This document shows positions 1 through 13,167 of a DNA stretch of 64,000 bases, piece by piece. The notes beneath the pieces were generated by a model, which did not search any database, had not been told where the DNA came from, and saw only the letters and a list, made by a program, of their open reading frames with translations. Position 1 is the first letter of the stretch. Each line of letters opens with the position of its first letter. This DNA comes from Amoebidium appalachense (taxonomy: Eukaryota > Protista > Ichthyosporea). The stretch spans positions 5,232,310 to 5,296,309 of the forward strand of contig CAVNZM010000008.1 of NCBI GenBank assembly GCA_963693365.1, given 5' to 3'. The position numbers and the translations under genes were made by a program.

Positions 1-1514
1 CCACTGTATAGCACGTGTACAGTAAAAGCGTGGTAATTGATCAATAATACCATCAGCTAGAGAAAGACCAGTTCTACAGGAAGGTAATATGTATTTAGGT
101 GTTATACACTTGCGAGTGCCATATTTGGCAATATGGTTGAGGCGGTCAGTATATATAAAACGAGACATAAGGCTTAGTTTTTCAAGGTGTATGCTTTCAT
201 CGGGTCTAGTGTCGTGTGGTATCTTTTTCCATTTGTTATATTGCGTGATTATCTTGTGATTGTGTACATGTTTAACAAGTAAGTGGCAGTCCAAAGTCAC
301 ACACACACTATTGCGGGGTTTATTTGTATTTGTGCCCAGGGGAGAAGGGGAGAGAGAGGGGAGGAAAGAGGGGAGAGGTGAGGAGGGGACAGGTCGGATA
401 GAGAAGAGAGGGTGGGAGGGCAAATACTTCTTTAAGCGGCTTATGTGCTTATTGAATTTCAGCGCGAGATAGGATACTCTAGCAGCTATTGGGACCAGAC
501 CATATATCGAGAGCGTTACAGGCCCAGGTTTACAACAGTTGTTAGATAGAAAGGAGGCAACTTCTGCTTCAAGGAAATTTGCCAGGGGTTTAAGCGCTCT
601 AGTTCTCTCTTTCTTGATCCAAGCGGCGAGAAGGGGTAAACCATATTCACATGCCGGGAAGACAAAAGTGCGAATAAATGTAAGTCTAATAGAAGGATGG
701 AGGGGTGTGTCTTTAAAAATATTAGCCGAGAAGAAAGCTAACCGCTTACGAGCCAACTCTACCCTCTTTTCGACCATATGGGGAAACATAACACCAACAG
801 AATCAACCGGAACACCAAGATATTTGTATTCTGGAACTATAGGTACAGGTTTAGATGATAATGTAAATGTGTGTAAATTGTTAGCTATATCAGGTACAAG
901 AACACCACATTTGTCTATGTTAAGGATCATAAGGTTTGCCTTGCACCACTCTGACACTACATCGAACAATCTTTGCAGGCGTCTAGGGGTACGGGCAAGG
1001 AGGGACAGATCATCAGCATAGAGAAGTGCAGGCGGAAAGTTATTAATACAGCCAAATCATCTATAAATAGGTTAAACAAAAAGGGGCTAAGCAAGAGTCG
1101 CGTGTTAAAATCACCTAAAATAACAGTGGACATTGGTAACTGTGACAACTCGTGAGTCAATTCGACAACCGACATAGATGGTGGGTAATATACAAAAGTA
1201 AAAACATTAGAAAGAAACTCTATAGAAACCGAGAATTCCGTTTTTGCTACCGGTTTGCACTTCACTCTCACGTGTGGTGCGGCAAGTACAATAATGCCTC
1301 GGTTTTTCGCGTAACCGGGGTGTGTGGATGTGTCGACCAATGTAGAGTTGAATTTGTGGTGGTTTTTAAACTGTGTTTCGCAAATCACTGTAAACGTGTG
1401 GTTGTTTGTCTGTTGTTGTATGTAGCTGATTTTATCGTCGAGTGTCCCGGGGGGGAGGCCCTTTTGGGGGCCCAGTGTCCGAGCATTCCAGAAGAAGAAG
1501 GATAAATTAGGCAT
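1..1514 (-). pseudogene. LINE ORF2 (APE endonuclease-RT) with large internal deletion and a frameshift near 1045
   Basis: GDFNTR joins directly to LLLSPFLFNLFIDDL. YADD and the downstream RT/C-terminal region lie in a different frame that appears to stay open to position 1. Confidence 0.88.
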
Positions 1515-2460
1515 CGGTTTGGTCCGACACCTGTGGGGTTGGTTCCCACTTGTCGCTTACGGGGTCGTATGCACGACCTTCCGCCAGCGCGAACAGTTCG
1601 CAGAAGAGCTCGATTTCCATCTCGCATCGGCGTTTGCGCTCGAGCAGTTTCTCACCAGAAAACATTGGTTCCTTCGTGTCCGTGTCTATCACGCTCGTAG
1701 CATCGTTTTCCAACTTTGCGAGGAACTCTTTTGCCTTGCTGATGCGTACACGACAACGTGTGGCGCACGCATTCTTAGCAGACACTTTACGTTCTTTGTC
1801 TGCTTTCTGAATGTTTTCCGGCGCGCATGGGTCGTAGCTTGGGAGGTGGGTGAAGAAGCTTCCACACCCCTTTGTCGCGTCTCGGATGAACGCACGGTTA
1901 TAGTCGCCCCGTACTGCTACTTCCAGCACATCGTATCCAATGAAGGACAGACAAAGGATGCGAGAGCACCGAAAGCCGAGAGCCTTGAAGATGGACCACA
2001 TGGCCCTGTGTGGGCGTCTGCCGTGCTTGACTTTGAAATACACCCTCTCGTATTTGGGTGGGATGTTGATGTTACCGTTTGCTTGGGTGTTCCCCTTAGC
2101 CGGCGGTTTGGGAGGGGAGTTGCGGCGGTACTCGTTGCCTGCAAGAATGCTGGCATATGTTTCCTTGGCAATTTGGCGGAGCTCGGGTGTTTTACGAGAG
2201 TTCGCATATTCTAGGAACTCTGCCGGGAGCTGTGCTTCCGGTCCTGTGTTGTTTTGTGTTGGGGTGGAAATGTCTCCGTCGCGAGATGTTTGCTCATGAG
2301 TTTTGGGGTTTTGCGATCCACTAATGTTTAGCTGGGCTGTGAGTGAATCAATGGTGAGCTTGAGTTGGGTATTTATCACAAAGCAGTGTGTGTGTGCAAT
2401 GTGGGCCGCGACAGGGGGTGGAAACTTGGGCAGTGCAGGTACGCGCATAGTACTGCGCAT
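1507..2460 (-). CDS. LINE ORF1 protein (317 aa)
   Basis: Long intronless ORF directly upstream of the endonuclease ORF. Its stop overlaps the ORF2 start (ATGCCTAA, 1514-1507). The start codon is uncertain. Confidence 0.8.
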   Translation of the reverse strand: MRSTMRVPALPKFPPPVAAHIAHTHCFVINTQLKLTIDSLTAQLNISGSQNPKTHEQTSRDGDISTPTQNNTGPEAQLPAEFLEYANSRKTPELRQIAKETYASILAGNEYRRNSPPKPPAKGNTQANGNINIPPKYERVYFKVKHGRRPHRAMWSIFKALGFRCSRILCLSFIGYDVLEVAVRGDYNRAFIRDATKGCGSFFTHLPSYDPCAPENIQKADKERKVSAKNACATRCRVRISKAKEFLAKLENDATSVIDTDTKEPMFSGEKLLERKRRCEMEIELFCELFALAEGRAYDPVSDKWEPTPQVSDQTDA

Positions 2461-2691
2461 GCATATGCTGCAGACACACAGCTGGGCAGGGTGGCCACAG
2501 TGGCCAGGCCAAACAAGCCCATCACTAACTTATGATATAGTAGGCAGCCGCTGTAAGCCACCCCCCCCCCCTTTATTGCGCCCCCGGCCAGTCACTTAAA
2601 GTCTATGTACCGCACTGCATATGCATTGCCCTATGATGCCAGACCCAAACTATACTTCTAAAGTTTGTATGCGTGTGTGTGTGTGTTCACA

Positions 2692-2732
<41 letters not shown>

Positions 2733-2914
2733 ACGTGAAACTGTATGTGTGTGTGTGCATGTGTGTGCATTTTTAATTTTGTGTGCACACGTATGTCTTT
2801 AATTACATACACCACAATCCTCATGCCCATACATCATAAATATCCCACTACACACTACACCATCACGCAATACACAATACATACACCATACACACCACAT
2901 CCCATCCTTCAAAT

Positions 2915-3578
2915 TTACGCCAAACCCATCCTCGCCGCCTCCGTCTCATAAACCAACAACCGCCACAACTTAACCACAAACACCCCAGCCTCATCATCCA
3001 AAACCTGTGCCACGTCCGCTTCCAACTCGCTCGCCGTAGCCTTCGCTCTCACCCTATCGCATATATACTCTGCCAAATTAGGCTCCTCCTCCCCGATATA
3101 TTCGCTTATTTTCTTGCTCACCCATGGCATAATTTTCCGTTCAAATAGGGCCGGCGTGGCTTGGGCCCAGTCCAGGTCGAAGGCAAAGAGTTGTTCGCGT
3201 CCGGTGGGGATGCGGTCGATCAGCCCCTTGACTAAACGCTTCTTCTCCTCCGCAACCTGGAAAAGAAAAAAAAAAAAAAAAAAAGAAAAAAAGTGAGCCA
3301 TCCAACTGCGTTTGTGTCCTTCATGCCTTGAGCACTTGGTCCATATTCCGCGCGCGCATTTCATTAACTTTCAGGCGCCAAATGCTACCAAATCAAGCCA
3401 AGTTCCATAAAGCCCCTGAGAGTTCCATATAAATGGTCCGCTATAAGATCGTCAGCAAATTTATATGCATATGCAACTCCAGGTTTACGGCAAGGCAGCC
3501 AAATGAGGGCTCAAGAGTGTTTGTATTAATAGCCCCTCTATCACCCTCCCCCCCCCCCCCCCCCCCCCACCACCACCA

Positions 3579-3612
<34 letters not shown>

Positions 3613-3701
3613 GCACACACACTCCCAACCCCCCCCCCCCCCACACACACACACACACTCCCCCAGTCCCCCATCCACCCGCCCCCACACCCACCCACCC
3701 A

Positions 3702-3748
<47 letters not shown>

Positions 3749-4159
3749 ACACACAAACACACACACACCTTTTCCGGTGCCATTCCAGCCGCAAGTAGCT
3801 CCTGCTCGTTGAACTTGACATAAGCCAGCCTCTTCTTCTTTCTGCCCCCACTCTCCCCCTCCTCGTCCGGCCCACCAAACACCTCCGCAGCCGTCAGTCT
3901 CTTCCCACCACCTACCCCTCCCTCCTGAGCAATCTGCTGATGTGTTTCCGCTTGTTTTTCTGTTGCATTGGCATGTGTTGGGAGGGTAGGGGGTGGGGAC
4001 GGTTGGCCTGCATGTGCCGCCAGTCTCTCTTCGAGCTCTAGGGCTCTGTCTCGGTCATCACTCTCTGCTTCACGCTCACGCTCACGACGCTTGCGCTGAA
4101 TAGCACTGGTGCTGCGGGTGTGTGTGTGGGGGGGGGGGGGGGGGGGGGGGAGGGGAGGG

Positions 4160-4195
<36 letters not shown>

Positions 4196-4241
4196 GAGGG
4201 GGGGGAGGGGAGGGGGGTTAGAGTGCGTTGCAGAGGGGGGT

Positions 4242-4275
<34 letters not shown>

Positions 4276-4526
4276 GAGTTAAAAGTGTGTTACAATGTTC
4301 AAAGGAGGGGGGAGGGGGGAGGGGAGTTAGAATGTGTTGTAGATTACGAGGGGAGAGGGGGACCGAAGGGGTAGAATGCGAAACACTGGACAATGCGCAA
4401 CTACACAATAGGAGACACCATACAGGACACAGGACACAGGACAAATTTCAAAGCAAACATGTATGTAAACAACATCAGCAACACGCAGTATTATGCAACA
4501 CAAGCAGAACCTGTCCTCAAGCGCGA

Positions 4527-4559
<33 letters not shown>

Positions 4560-4698
4560 GGGGATGAGGTTAGACTGTGTTAAAATAGTACGAAGGACAC
4601 ATTCACAACGAACAACACAATGCCAAATCATCAGGTGTATCTGTTATAAGCACGGGGGGAGGGCAGTTTAGAGGGGGGTTTTTTTTTGGGGGGGGGGG

Positions 4699-4759
<61 letters not shown>

Positions 4760-4804
4760 CGCGCACGAGTGTGTGTGTGTGTGTGTTGGGGAGAAAGGGG
4801 AAGG

Positions 4805-4850
<46 letters not shown>

Positions 4851-5104
4851 AGGGTGCACAATGTACCTGTAGTGCCTGCTGTCCTCGGTGGCATCGTTGT
4901 ACGTGCTCATCATCTCCAGCGCACGTGCAGCATCCTCCCTCCTCTGTGTCTGTCTCTGTGCCTCCCTCTCTGTCTCTCTCTCCATGTCTCGAAGCCGATC
5001 CTTCTCCTTCTTCTCCCACGCACGCTCACGCTGCACCCCAATCCTATGTCACTATGTGGCCAGACGATTGTACGTGCCTGACCTCCGCAAAGCAAAGCAA
5101 AGCA

Positions 5105-5180
<76 letters not shown>

Positions 5181-5295
5181 ACCCGTACCCCCAGCCAGCC
5201 ACAACCTGCATGTGCAGACAGTTATGCTCTGCCTACGTCACACCTGCATTGTACTGCACCCACACCAACACCCTTCTCTCACATGCAGATCTCCC

Positions 5296-5326
<31 letters not shown>

Positions 5327-5401
5327 AAAAAAAAAAAAGAGAGAAAGAGAGAGAAAGAGAAAAAAGAGGACAAACAACACTTTCACACCCTCTTCTCCCC
5401 C

Positions 5402-5432
<31 letters not shown>

Positions 5433-8400
5433 ACCACCCACCCACCCATCCACACCTTTGACACCGATCTCTCTCCGCCTTCCCAGTCCCCCCCCATTCC
5501 ACATACACACCCACATCCACCCACCCGCCTACCACCTACCCCCCCCCCCCCCCCCCCCCTTCCACCCACCTCCCCCCCCCCCACCCACGCACACACCTCC
5601 CTTCCCCCCCCCCTCCCGCCCCCCCTCTGCCCTCCGCCCCCGCCCCACATACCCACCCACCTCACCCCCTCCCCAAACACACACACAGCCACCCGCCTCC
5701 CCCCCTCCCCCCCCCCCCTTCCCCTCCCCTTCCCACACACACTCACTCACCTTCCCACCCCCTCCCCCCGGACACACACATACACCTCCTCCCCTCCCCG
5801 ATACCCCCCTCACACGCACCTCAACCCCCCCTCCCTCCAACCTCCCCCCCCCCCCCCCCCCCCGGCTCCATCCACCCCCTCCCTGCCCGCCCACACACCC
5901 CCATCCACTTCCCTCCTCCCCCCCCCCCCCCCCCCCCCAAAAAAACCCCCCACCAACCCCCCTCCCTCCCCCAAAAAAGGCACACACACACACACACACC
6001 TCCTTGTACAATTGCTCGTCATCCCTCTTCTTCCTTTCGGCCTTGCGTGCATCCTCATCATCCTCCCTCCGCCTGTCTCTGTCCCTCTCTCTGCTGCGCT
6101 CCCTCTCCCTGCGCTCCCTCTCCCTCTCCCTGTCTCTCTCCCTCTCCCTGTCTCTCTCTCTGTCTCTCTCCCTGTCTCTGTAGCTGTCCCTCCGTCCACT
6201 GTCCCTCTCCGGGCTTTTCCGTCTGCTTGTTTCCTGCTGCAGCAAACAGTGAGCAATTTGCACTGCACACCCCTTTCTCTCGCACACACACCTCTCCTCC
6301 CTCTCTCGCACACGCACCCCTCTCCCTGTCATGACACCGTGTCGCCTCAAACCCCCTCCCCTCGGAACACCCCATACACCTCTCCCTTTATGCGACCCAC
6401 ACCCCATCCCCACTGCCCACATCCCACTCTCTCCAATGTCGCGCTCCCCCATTGTCCTGCTATCCCGCCCCCCCCCCCCCCCCCCCCCCCCCCCCCGCCC
6501 CACACACACCTTCCCTTCCCCAGTCCGCACCCCTCGTCCCCCTCACACCTCGCCCTGCTCTTTCCACGATCCCTTCCCCCCTCCCCCCCCCCCCCCCCCC
6601 CCCCCACACACACACCCTCCCCTCTGTGTTTCCTCCACTCCCCCCCCCCTCCCCCCTTTGTCCTCTTACCTCGTAATATTCTTTGCAACCCCCCCCCGGC
6701 CCTTCCTCTCTCTCTTCTCAACCCCCTTCCCTCCCCTCCCCAACTCACTCTTTCTCACCAGGTCCTCAGAGGGCACATTAATCTGCAACAACTCTTCCAT
6801 CTCTGCTTTGATCGTTGCCCCCCCTCCCCCCCCCCCCCCCCTTCCACCTCTCCATCTTGTCTTATTCATTTCCCCACACCTCTCCGGCTTCCATGCACTT
6901 CACACCTGTCTCCCTTTCCCTCTTCCTCCCCCCCCCCCCCCCCCTCCCCCCTTCCCCCCCCCCCCTCCCGCTTGCTCTCACCAGGTCCTCAGGAGGCATA
7001 TTTTTCTGCAACAACTCTTCGATCTCCGCTTTAATCCTTGTCCCACACCGCCATTCTTATCTTGTCCTACTCCCCCCCCCCCCCCTCCACACACACACAC
7101 ACCCCTCTCTCTCTCCCTATCCCCCTCCCCCCCCCCCCCCTCCCTCACCAGGTCCTCAGGGGGCACATTAGTCTGCAACAACTCCTCTATCTCCGCCTTC
7201 AACTTTGCATCTTCCACGGCCTGTTCCAACTCCTCTGCCCCAGCACCCAGCCCCTGCTTGTATTCGTCTAGCAGCTGTGTGTTCTTCTCGTCCACAGTGA
7301 TCTGTGAAAATCAAACGTGTGAGTGTCAATGTATTAGCGTGCATGTGTGTGTGTGTGTGTGTGTCCGTGTGTGTATGTGTGTGTGTGTGAATGTGCCTGT
7401 GTCTGCCGGCCCCTCGGGTGTGTGGAGACGTGCACGCGAACGTGTGTGTAAGATGTGTATGCTTGGTTCTGCAGCAAGCTTCAGTGTCCCGGTGCCTGCA
7501 CCCATACGCATGTTCGTGCACGTGTAAGTGTTTAAAACACGTGCATGGCTGTATGGTCCCGCGCATGTGTATCGGCAGGTGTGTTCACATGCATTTGCAT
7601 GCACCTGCGAATGTTCATAATCATGCGCATGCATACCCATGTGTGTGTAGCGTGCACATGTGTACAACTGTGTGTATGTGTGCCCGCTTGTGCATGTGTA
7701 CGCCTGTCTGTCTGCTCCTGTGCCTACACAAACCTGTGTGCGTACATGTGCATGTATAGGATCATGCGTGCTCAGAGTCCAGGTGCCCAGGTGCGCATTA
7801 TATTTCATGGCCTATCTGAGCATGTGCCTGTGTGTGCCTGAGCCCGTGTCCGTGCCTGTGCCCGTGCCTGTGGGTGCGTTTGTCTCACCTTGAGGTTCTT
7901 GTCAGCCACCCTCAGGTCTGTCATTAGTCTCCGTGCCCTCAGTGCTGCCTCAGGCCCCTCATACTCCACAAACCCAAACGCTGCAAGATAAGTCAGCATA
8001 CACTAGTAACCAACCCTACACACTCCCCCCCCCCCCTCCCCCATCCCACCCCTTCTCCCCCCCCCCCCCCCCCCCCCCTTCCCCCCTACCACCACCACCA
8101 CCACAAACCCAGACCCAGACCCAGACCCAGACCCACTCCCACACACACACACATACCCAGATCCACACCCACACAGACACAGACACACACACACTTACCC
8201 TGCAGGTTGCCGTTTGCACCTCGCACTCTCTTCCAGGACATCACCCGTCCACATTTCTGCAACCCCATCCCATGTCAGCTCCCCTCCTCCCCCTCCCCGC
8301 ACACCCCACCCCCTTTCACCTCCCTCCCTTCCCCTTCCCCTTCTCCCCCCCGCCCCCCCTCTTCAACACCCTCCCTTAACCTCTCCCAATCATCATCCCC

Positions 8401-8437
8401 AGCCCCCCCTCCCCCCCCCCCCTTCTCCCCCTCCTCC

Positions 8438-8514
<77 letters not shown>

Positions 8515-8903
8515 GCAGTATCTCCCTCACAAGGGTATCCGACACCTTGTCCGATATTGCCCCCACAAACAGGGTGATGGACCGTACGGGCGGTGGCACC
8601 GTCCCTATCAGGCCCAGTGCTGGCAGCTGCACCTGTGTGACCCCCCCAGGCAGGGTGGCTGCGGAAGAAATGTTGGAAGAGAAGAAACGGGGGAGCGAGA
8701 GAGAGGGAGAGCGTGGGGGGTGGGGGGGGGGGGGAGGGTGTGTGTGTGTGTGTGTGTGTTTGTGTGTGTGTTTGTGTGTGGGGAGGGGGGGGAGGGGGGG
8801 GGGGGGGTATGAATGCGTCAAAAAGTACGAAGTACACAAGAACAAACGGATAACACGATGCAGAAAGCAAGCCATACATAAAGAGTATGCATGGGGGGGG
8901 GGG

Positions 8904-8939
<36 letters not shown>

Positions 8940-10057
8940 TGAATGCGTCAAAAAGTACGAAGTACACAAGAACAAACGGATAACACGATGCAGAATGCAA
9001 GCCATACATAAAGAGTATGCATAATAAGCAGAGCCCATCCTCAGGGGGGGCCCACGTCATCCACAGTACCCGAGTTTCGACCTATTCCCCTCGTTAACGA
9101 AACCCAACTCAGATACTGTTTCACTTGAACATGAGTAGGTCACCCGTCTTGATCAGAGACGAGCAGGGTTGCTTATGCAGGCAAGGGCAGTGGGAAAGGC
9201 CGGGGGTTAAAGTTGCAGCAGTAAGCAGAAGCAAGAAAAATATAGATAGGAACTCAGGAGACGGGGCTTCTAGGAAGCTCCCCCGTCGATACCTAAGTCG
9301 ATACTTCCCTGGCTAACATACTACACCAGCTGAAAAGAATTAAGTCCCGAAGGCCACAGAATTCGTAATCAGAGGGGAAAATATGAGATTTGACCCACGC
9401 CGCAGGGTAGTAACACGCTTACTAGGGCGGAACTTTATCGTCTTCGAACGGAAAGCTATGGGGGGGGGGGGCTGTGTGATGCTCTGGCCAAGAGAGCAAT
9501 TGAAATCAACAAAAACATGTGCTTGGTATAGCCACAGGAAGGGCCGAGGCATGTGTGCACACACGAGCATGTGTTGTCCGTGGCAAATTGCAGGTGTGTG
9601 CAGCCCTACGTGCTGTGTGCTTGTCAGGAGCCTGCAAACGCACGTGTGCTTGTGTGTGCCTGTCGTTGTTTGCACGTGCACAGGCAAGCACGTGGTGCGT
9701 GTGGTGCTGTGTGTCCCGCCTGGAACACTGTCATCGCACGTTCTTGCCCACGCACGTGCTGTTGCCTTGTGTACACGTGTGTGTGTTGGTGCGTGTGCGG
9801 GAAGGTGCACGTGAAGGTGTCCTGTGCAACATGTGCAAGGCACAAGCGTGTGTGCGTGCTTGTGCTTTCCGTGCGCACGTTCCTGTGATCAGCAGTTGCG
9901 CGTCTGTGTGTGCGTGTGGGATCTGTGTACGCCCGCCCTCTGCCTGCCCACACCCCCTGTGCGTACCTGGAAAACGGGGCAGTCCAGCGGGTATCTGCAG
10001 GGGCAGAGTCGGCATCGTTCCTGGCGGCGCAAACGGTGGGCGCGGAAACGCGGCCAT
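2915..10057 (-). CDS. RBM25: RNA-binding protein 25 (RRM, RE/RD-rich region, PWI); spliced, 9 coding exons
   Basis: Phase-compatible GT-AG exons 10057-9967, 8658-8513, 8256-8199, 7980-7889, 7301-7149, ~6236-6000, 5030-4867, 4111-3769, 3256-2915. RRM 'TLFVGAISDKVSDTLVREILQKCGRVMSWKRVRGANGNLQAFGFVEYEGPEAALRA' and PWI 'LIDRIPTGREQLFAFDLDW...WVSKKISEYIGEEEPNL...FVVKLWRLLVYETEA' match RBM25. Confidence 0.96.
8811..9460 (-). mobile_element. Longest copy of a dispersed intronic repeat family (putative non-autonomous retroposon), 3' end tandemly duplicated
   Basis: The reverse complement aligns by eye over ~550 bp with 57202-57745 (CATAGCTTTCCGT...TGGGTCAAATCT...TTAGCCAGG...GAGCTTCCTAG...GCTTACTGCTGCAAC...CATGTTCAAGTG...GTATCTGAGTTGG...GATGGGCTCT). 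Confidence 0.8.
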
Positions 10058-10545
10058 GGCGCCGGCTAGAGGTTGAACTAAAGCTGCTTTAGAGGGCTCA
10101 AAGTGTGGCCTGGGTGGCAGGGTTTAAAACTACTTGAGTGCAATGATGTTTTGCTCGTTTTGCCCAGAGGTATGTATACAGACGGATCCGGAACAAACAC
10201 TGAACTGTGTGTTTGGCGCCGTTTTGCGCGGCGGCGCAGGTTGCCAAAATATGCGTTGATAAGGGCACGGGGTATACTGATATCTCATTCTCGTATAGAC
10301 GGGTAGGACGCGATTCAGGCCTCGACTTATACACTCCCCACGGCCAGTACTTATCAAAGGGCCGTGCTCAGCACTACATAATATTAGAGACACATACACT
10401 CACACTTCCTCCTCTGACAATTGTTATTTTTTGCTGGAAGAACACGAAAGAATATATAGGTAGCTTATTTGTTTGACCTGTCTAGGGGGCACAGTTAGGG
10501 CGTGCTAGCTTAGCTGCTTCTCTTAGTGTGTGTGAGTAGGACAAA

Positions 10546-10698
10546 ATGGTGAAGATAGTGACCGAGGAACAGATGCAGGAGGCCTCAAGGGCAGCCTCCT
10601 GGGGCATGCTGCTGGGTACGTGTCTGTGTCACACGCACGCACAAACACAGGGGCACTCACACACGTGCACAAGTACATGAGCACACACACACACACAC

Positions 10699-10761
<63 letters not shown>

Positions 10762-11618
10762 ATACCGTGACAAACACACGCACACAGGAGCACGCCCACA
10801 CAGACACGGGAGCACACCCACACAGGCACCGGCACAGCCGCGCGCACACACACGCACAAAAGAGGGAGCACACTCAATAGGTACCAACAAATGGGCACAT
10901 GTGCACACAGGCACCAACATAGGCATATCTAATCACACTCTTCAACACACGCACAAATACTCACCCATACAGGCATGCCAATACACTCCAGCACACGCCC
11001 ACCTACAGACATGTATCAATACACACACAGACCTACATGCACCAATCGAGGCACACCTGCATGCACTCACCGATTTAGGCACAGTCACAGTCACAAATAT
11101 ATCCACTGGTACAGAGGCACATGTTCCCCATCCCCACGGCACTGCACGGGCACACACATGGGCACACAGACGGGCCATCTCACCAACAGCACTCGCTTGC
11201 GGACACATATGTGCACATATACTTACCAGCCTAACACAGGCACGCCAGTGTGCACACACACACACACTTGGACTGCATAAGCACAGCCCACATCAAGGAC
11301 ACCCTAAGCAGGCACACTTGACATCGCACAAACACATATGCACAAACCTACATGCAGACACGCAACAGACATGCACCATCCATCCACCTACCCACACACA
11401 CACACTCATTGGGAGATCACCTACAAATTAACATACACACATGGGCATGCACGCGCGTGCGCGGACGTGCATACGCGCACACATATACACACGTACCCAC
11501 ATATTCATACGCCAGTACACAGTTCTTCTCTTGCTCTATGGTCTACACTAACACACCGCACGTGGGACATGCTCACTTATATACACCATCTCCATGCCCC
11601 AAAACTCAGATACCCACA

Positions 11619-11673
<55 letters not shown>

Positions 11674-12456
11674 CCTCTCACCCTCCCCCCCCCACCACCC
11701 ATGCACACACACAAAAACACACGCGCAAGCACACAATTCCCGCCCTCCCCCTCCTGCCCCCCTCCCCCCCCCATCCCTCCCTTCCTGTTGCACCACCTCT
11801 GTCACCCCGTCGAATCTAACTGTGTGTGTCTGCAGGGGGAATCAAGTATGGGGCCATAGGCAGCACCACCATGCTCCTGGCCCACCAATTCGGTACGTGC
11901 TTGCCCCCTTGCCTGTACGTGCCTGTCTTCGTGCTTGTTACGTGCACCCCCATGTATCTCTTTGCCTGTCTGTACGGACAACCCCTGTCTGTGTACGTGT
12001 CTGTACACGTCGGTGCAGATCCCTTGCCTGTGTGCCTGCTTGTACCTGTGGTACACACGTAGACCATCGCTTGTGTGCCGGCCTGCCCACATGTAACCTC
12101 TCCCTGTATGGCCATGCATAATCCCTGCCTGCAGTTATTTCCCCACAACTGGGCCTGACTGTGGGTGCACACAGTGCCATTTGTCAACCGAATCACCCTC
12201 CCCGGCAAGGTCTTCCTGGTCACAGGTGCCTCCCTCCCCCTCCCCCCCCCCCCCCCCCCCCCCCCCACCACCACCACCACCACCACCCCCCCGGATGGGC
12301 TCTGCTTATTATGCATACTCTTTATGTATGGTTTGCATTCTGCATCGTGTTATCCGCTGTTCTTGTGTACTTCGTACTTTATGACGCATTCAACCCCCCC
12401 CCCCCCCCCCCCTCCCTCCCCCCCTCCCCACGCCCACACACACAAGCAAAACATAC

Positions 12457-12487
<31 letters not shown>

Positions 12488-12530
12488 AAAAAAAAAAAAA
12501 GGGGAGAGGGGGGGAGAGGGGGAGAGGGGG

Positions 12531-12564
<34 letters not shown>

Positions 12565-12700
12565 CTCTATTACCAACATGCGTACAGACACTGGTGTATA
12601 GGTGGGCCTGCTTCCTCCGTCAGATTAATGCTCTTTCCACTTGCTTGTTGCCTGTGTGATTGCGAGGAATGGTTGGTGTTCCCGTGTCTGTACCGGGTGT

Positions 12701-12736
<36 letters not shown>

Positions 12737-13029
12737 CCCCCCTCTCTCTCTCTCTCTCTATAAATATGTGCCAGTGTTTGTTGTATGTTTTTGTGTGTCC
12801 CTTCCTGTGTGTGAGCATGTGTGGTTGTGTGTTTGCCACTTAGTATTCGTGCGTGGTGTTACTGTGTGTACGTGTGATTCGAATTTGTGTGCATGTCCGT
12901 TAGTATTGCAGTGTGAGCAGTATTTGCTCATGTTTGTGCCTGTGCTGTCACGTACTAGCAAATGTCAGACAAAAATTGTCTGTGTACACATGTGTGGTTG
13001 GCCCGTGCTGATAGTTGGCCCGTGCTGAT

Positions 13030-13079
<50 letters not shown>

Positions 13080-13167
13080 AGCGTTCACGATCACGGGGGC
13101 AATGGTCTACGCAGAGGAGGCCCTCTTCGATTACCACGAGAAGAACCCCCCAAGGAGACACCAATAG
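10546..13167 (+). CDS. 87-aa two-TM protein resembling the Rcf2 N-terminal half / Rcf3 (mitochondrial respiratory supercomplex factor-like)
   Basis: Exons 10546-10615, 11836-11892, 12175-12225, 13082-13167 (all phase-1 GT-AG introns) give [87 protein letters not shown]. This resembles the fungal Rcf2 N-terminus as recalled (MKILT..EE...GG...TLP.K.FLVT). Confidence 0.8.

Larger units (their letters stand above)
1..2600 (-). mobile_element. Non-LTR retrotransposon (LINE), internally deleted; 3' part runs off the window start, 5' boundary approximate
   Basis: ORF1 (2460-1507) is followed by ORF2 with APE endonuclease motifs (FFFWNARTL, VICETQ, VILGDFN) and RT motifs (LSPFLFNLFIDDL, LLYADDL, LNIDKC, EYKYLGV, TFVFPACEYGL). 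The region is intronless and lacks the host microsatellites. Confidence 0.93.

Noticed and set aside
539-1021. 160-aa plus-strand ORF (and 1519-2214)
   Set aside because: Antisense shadows of the LINE ORFs.
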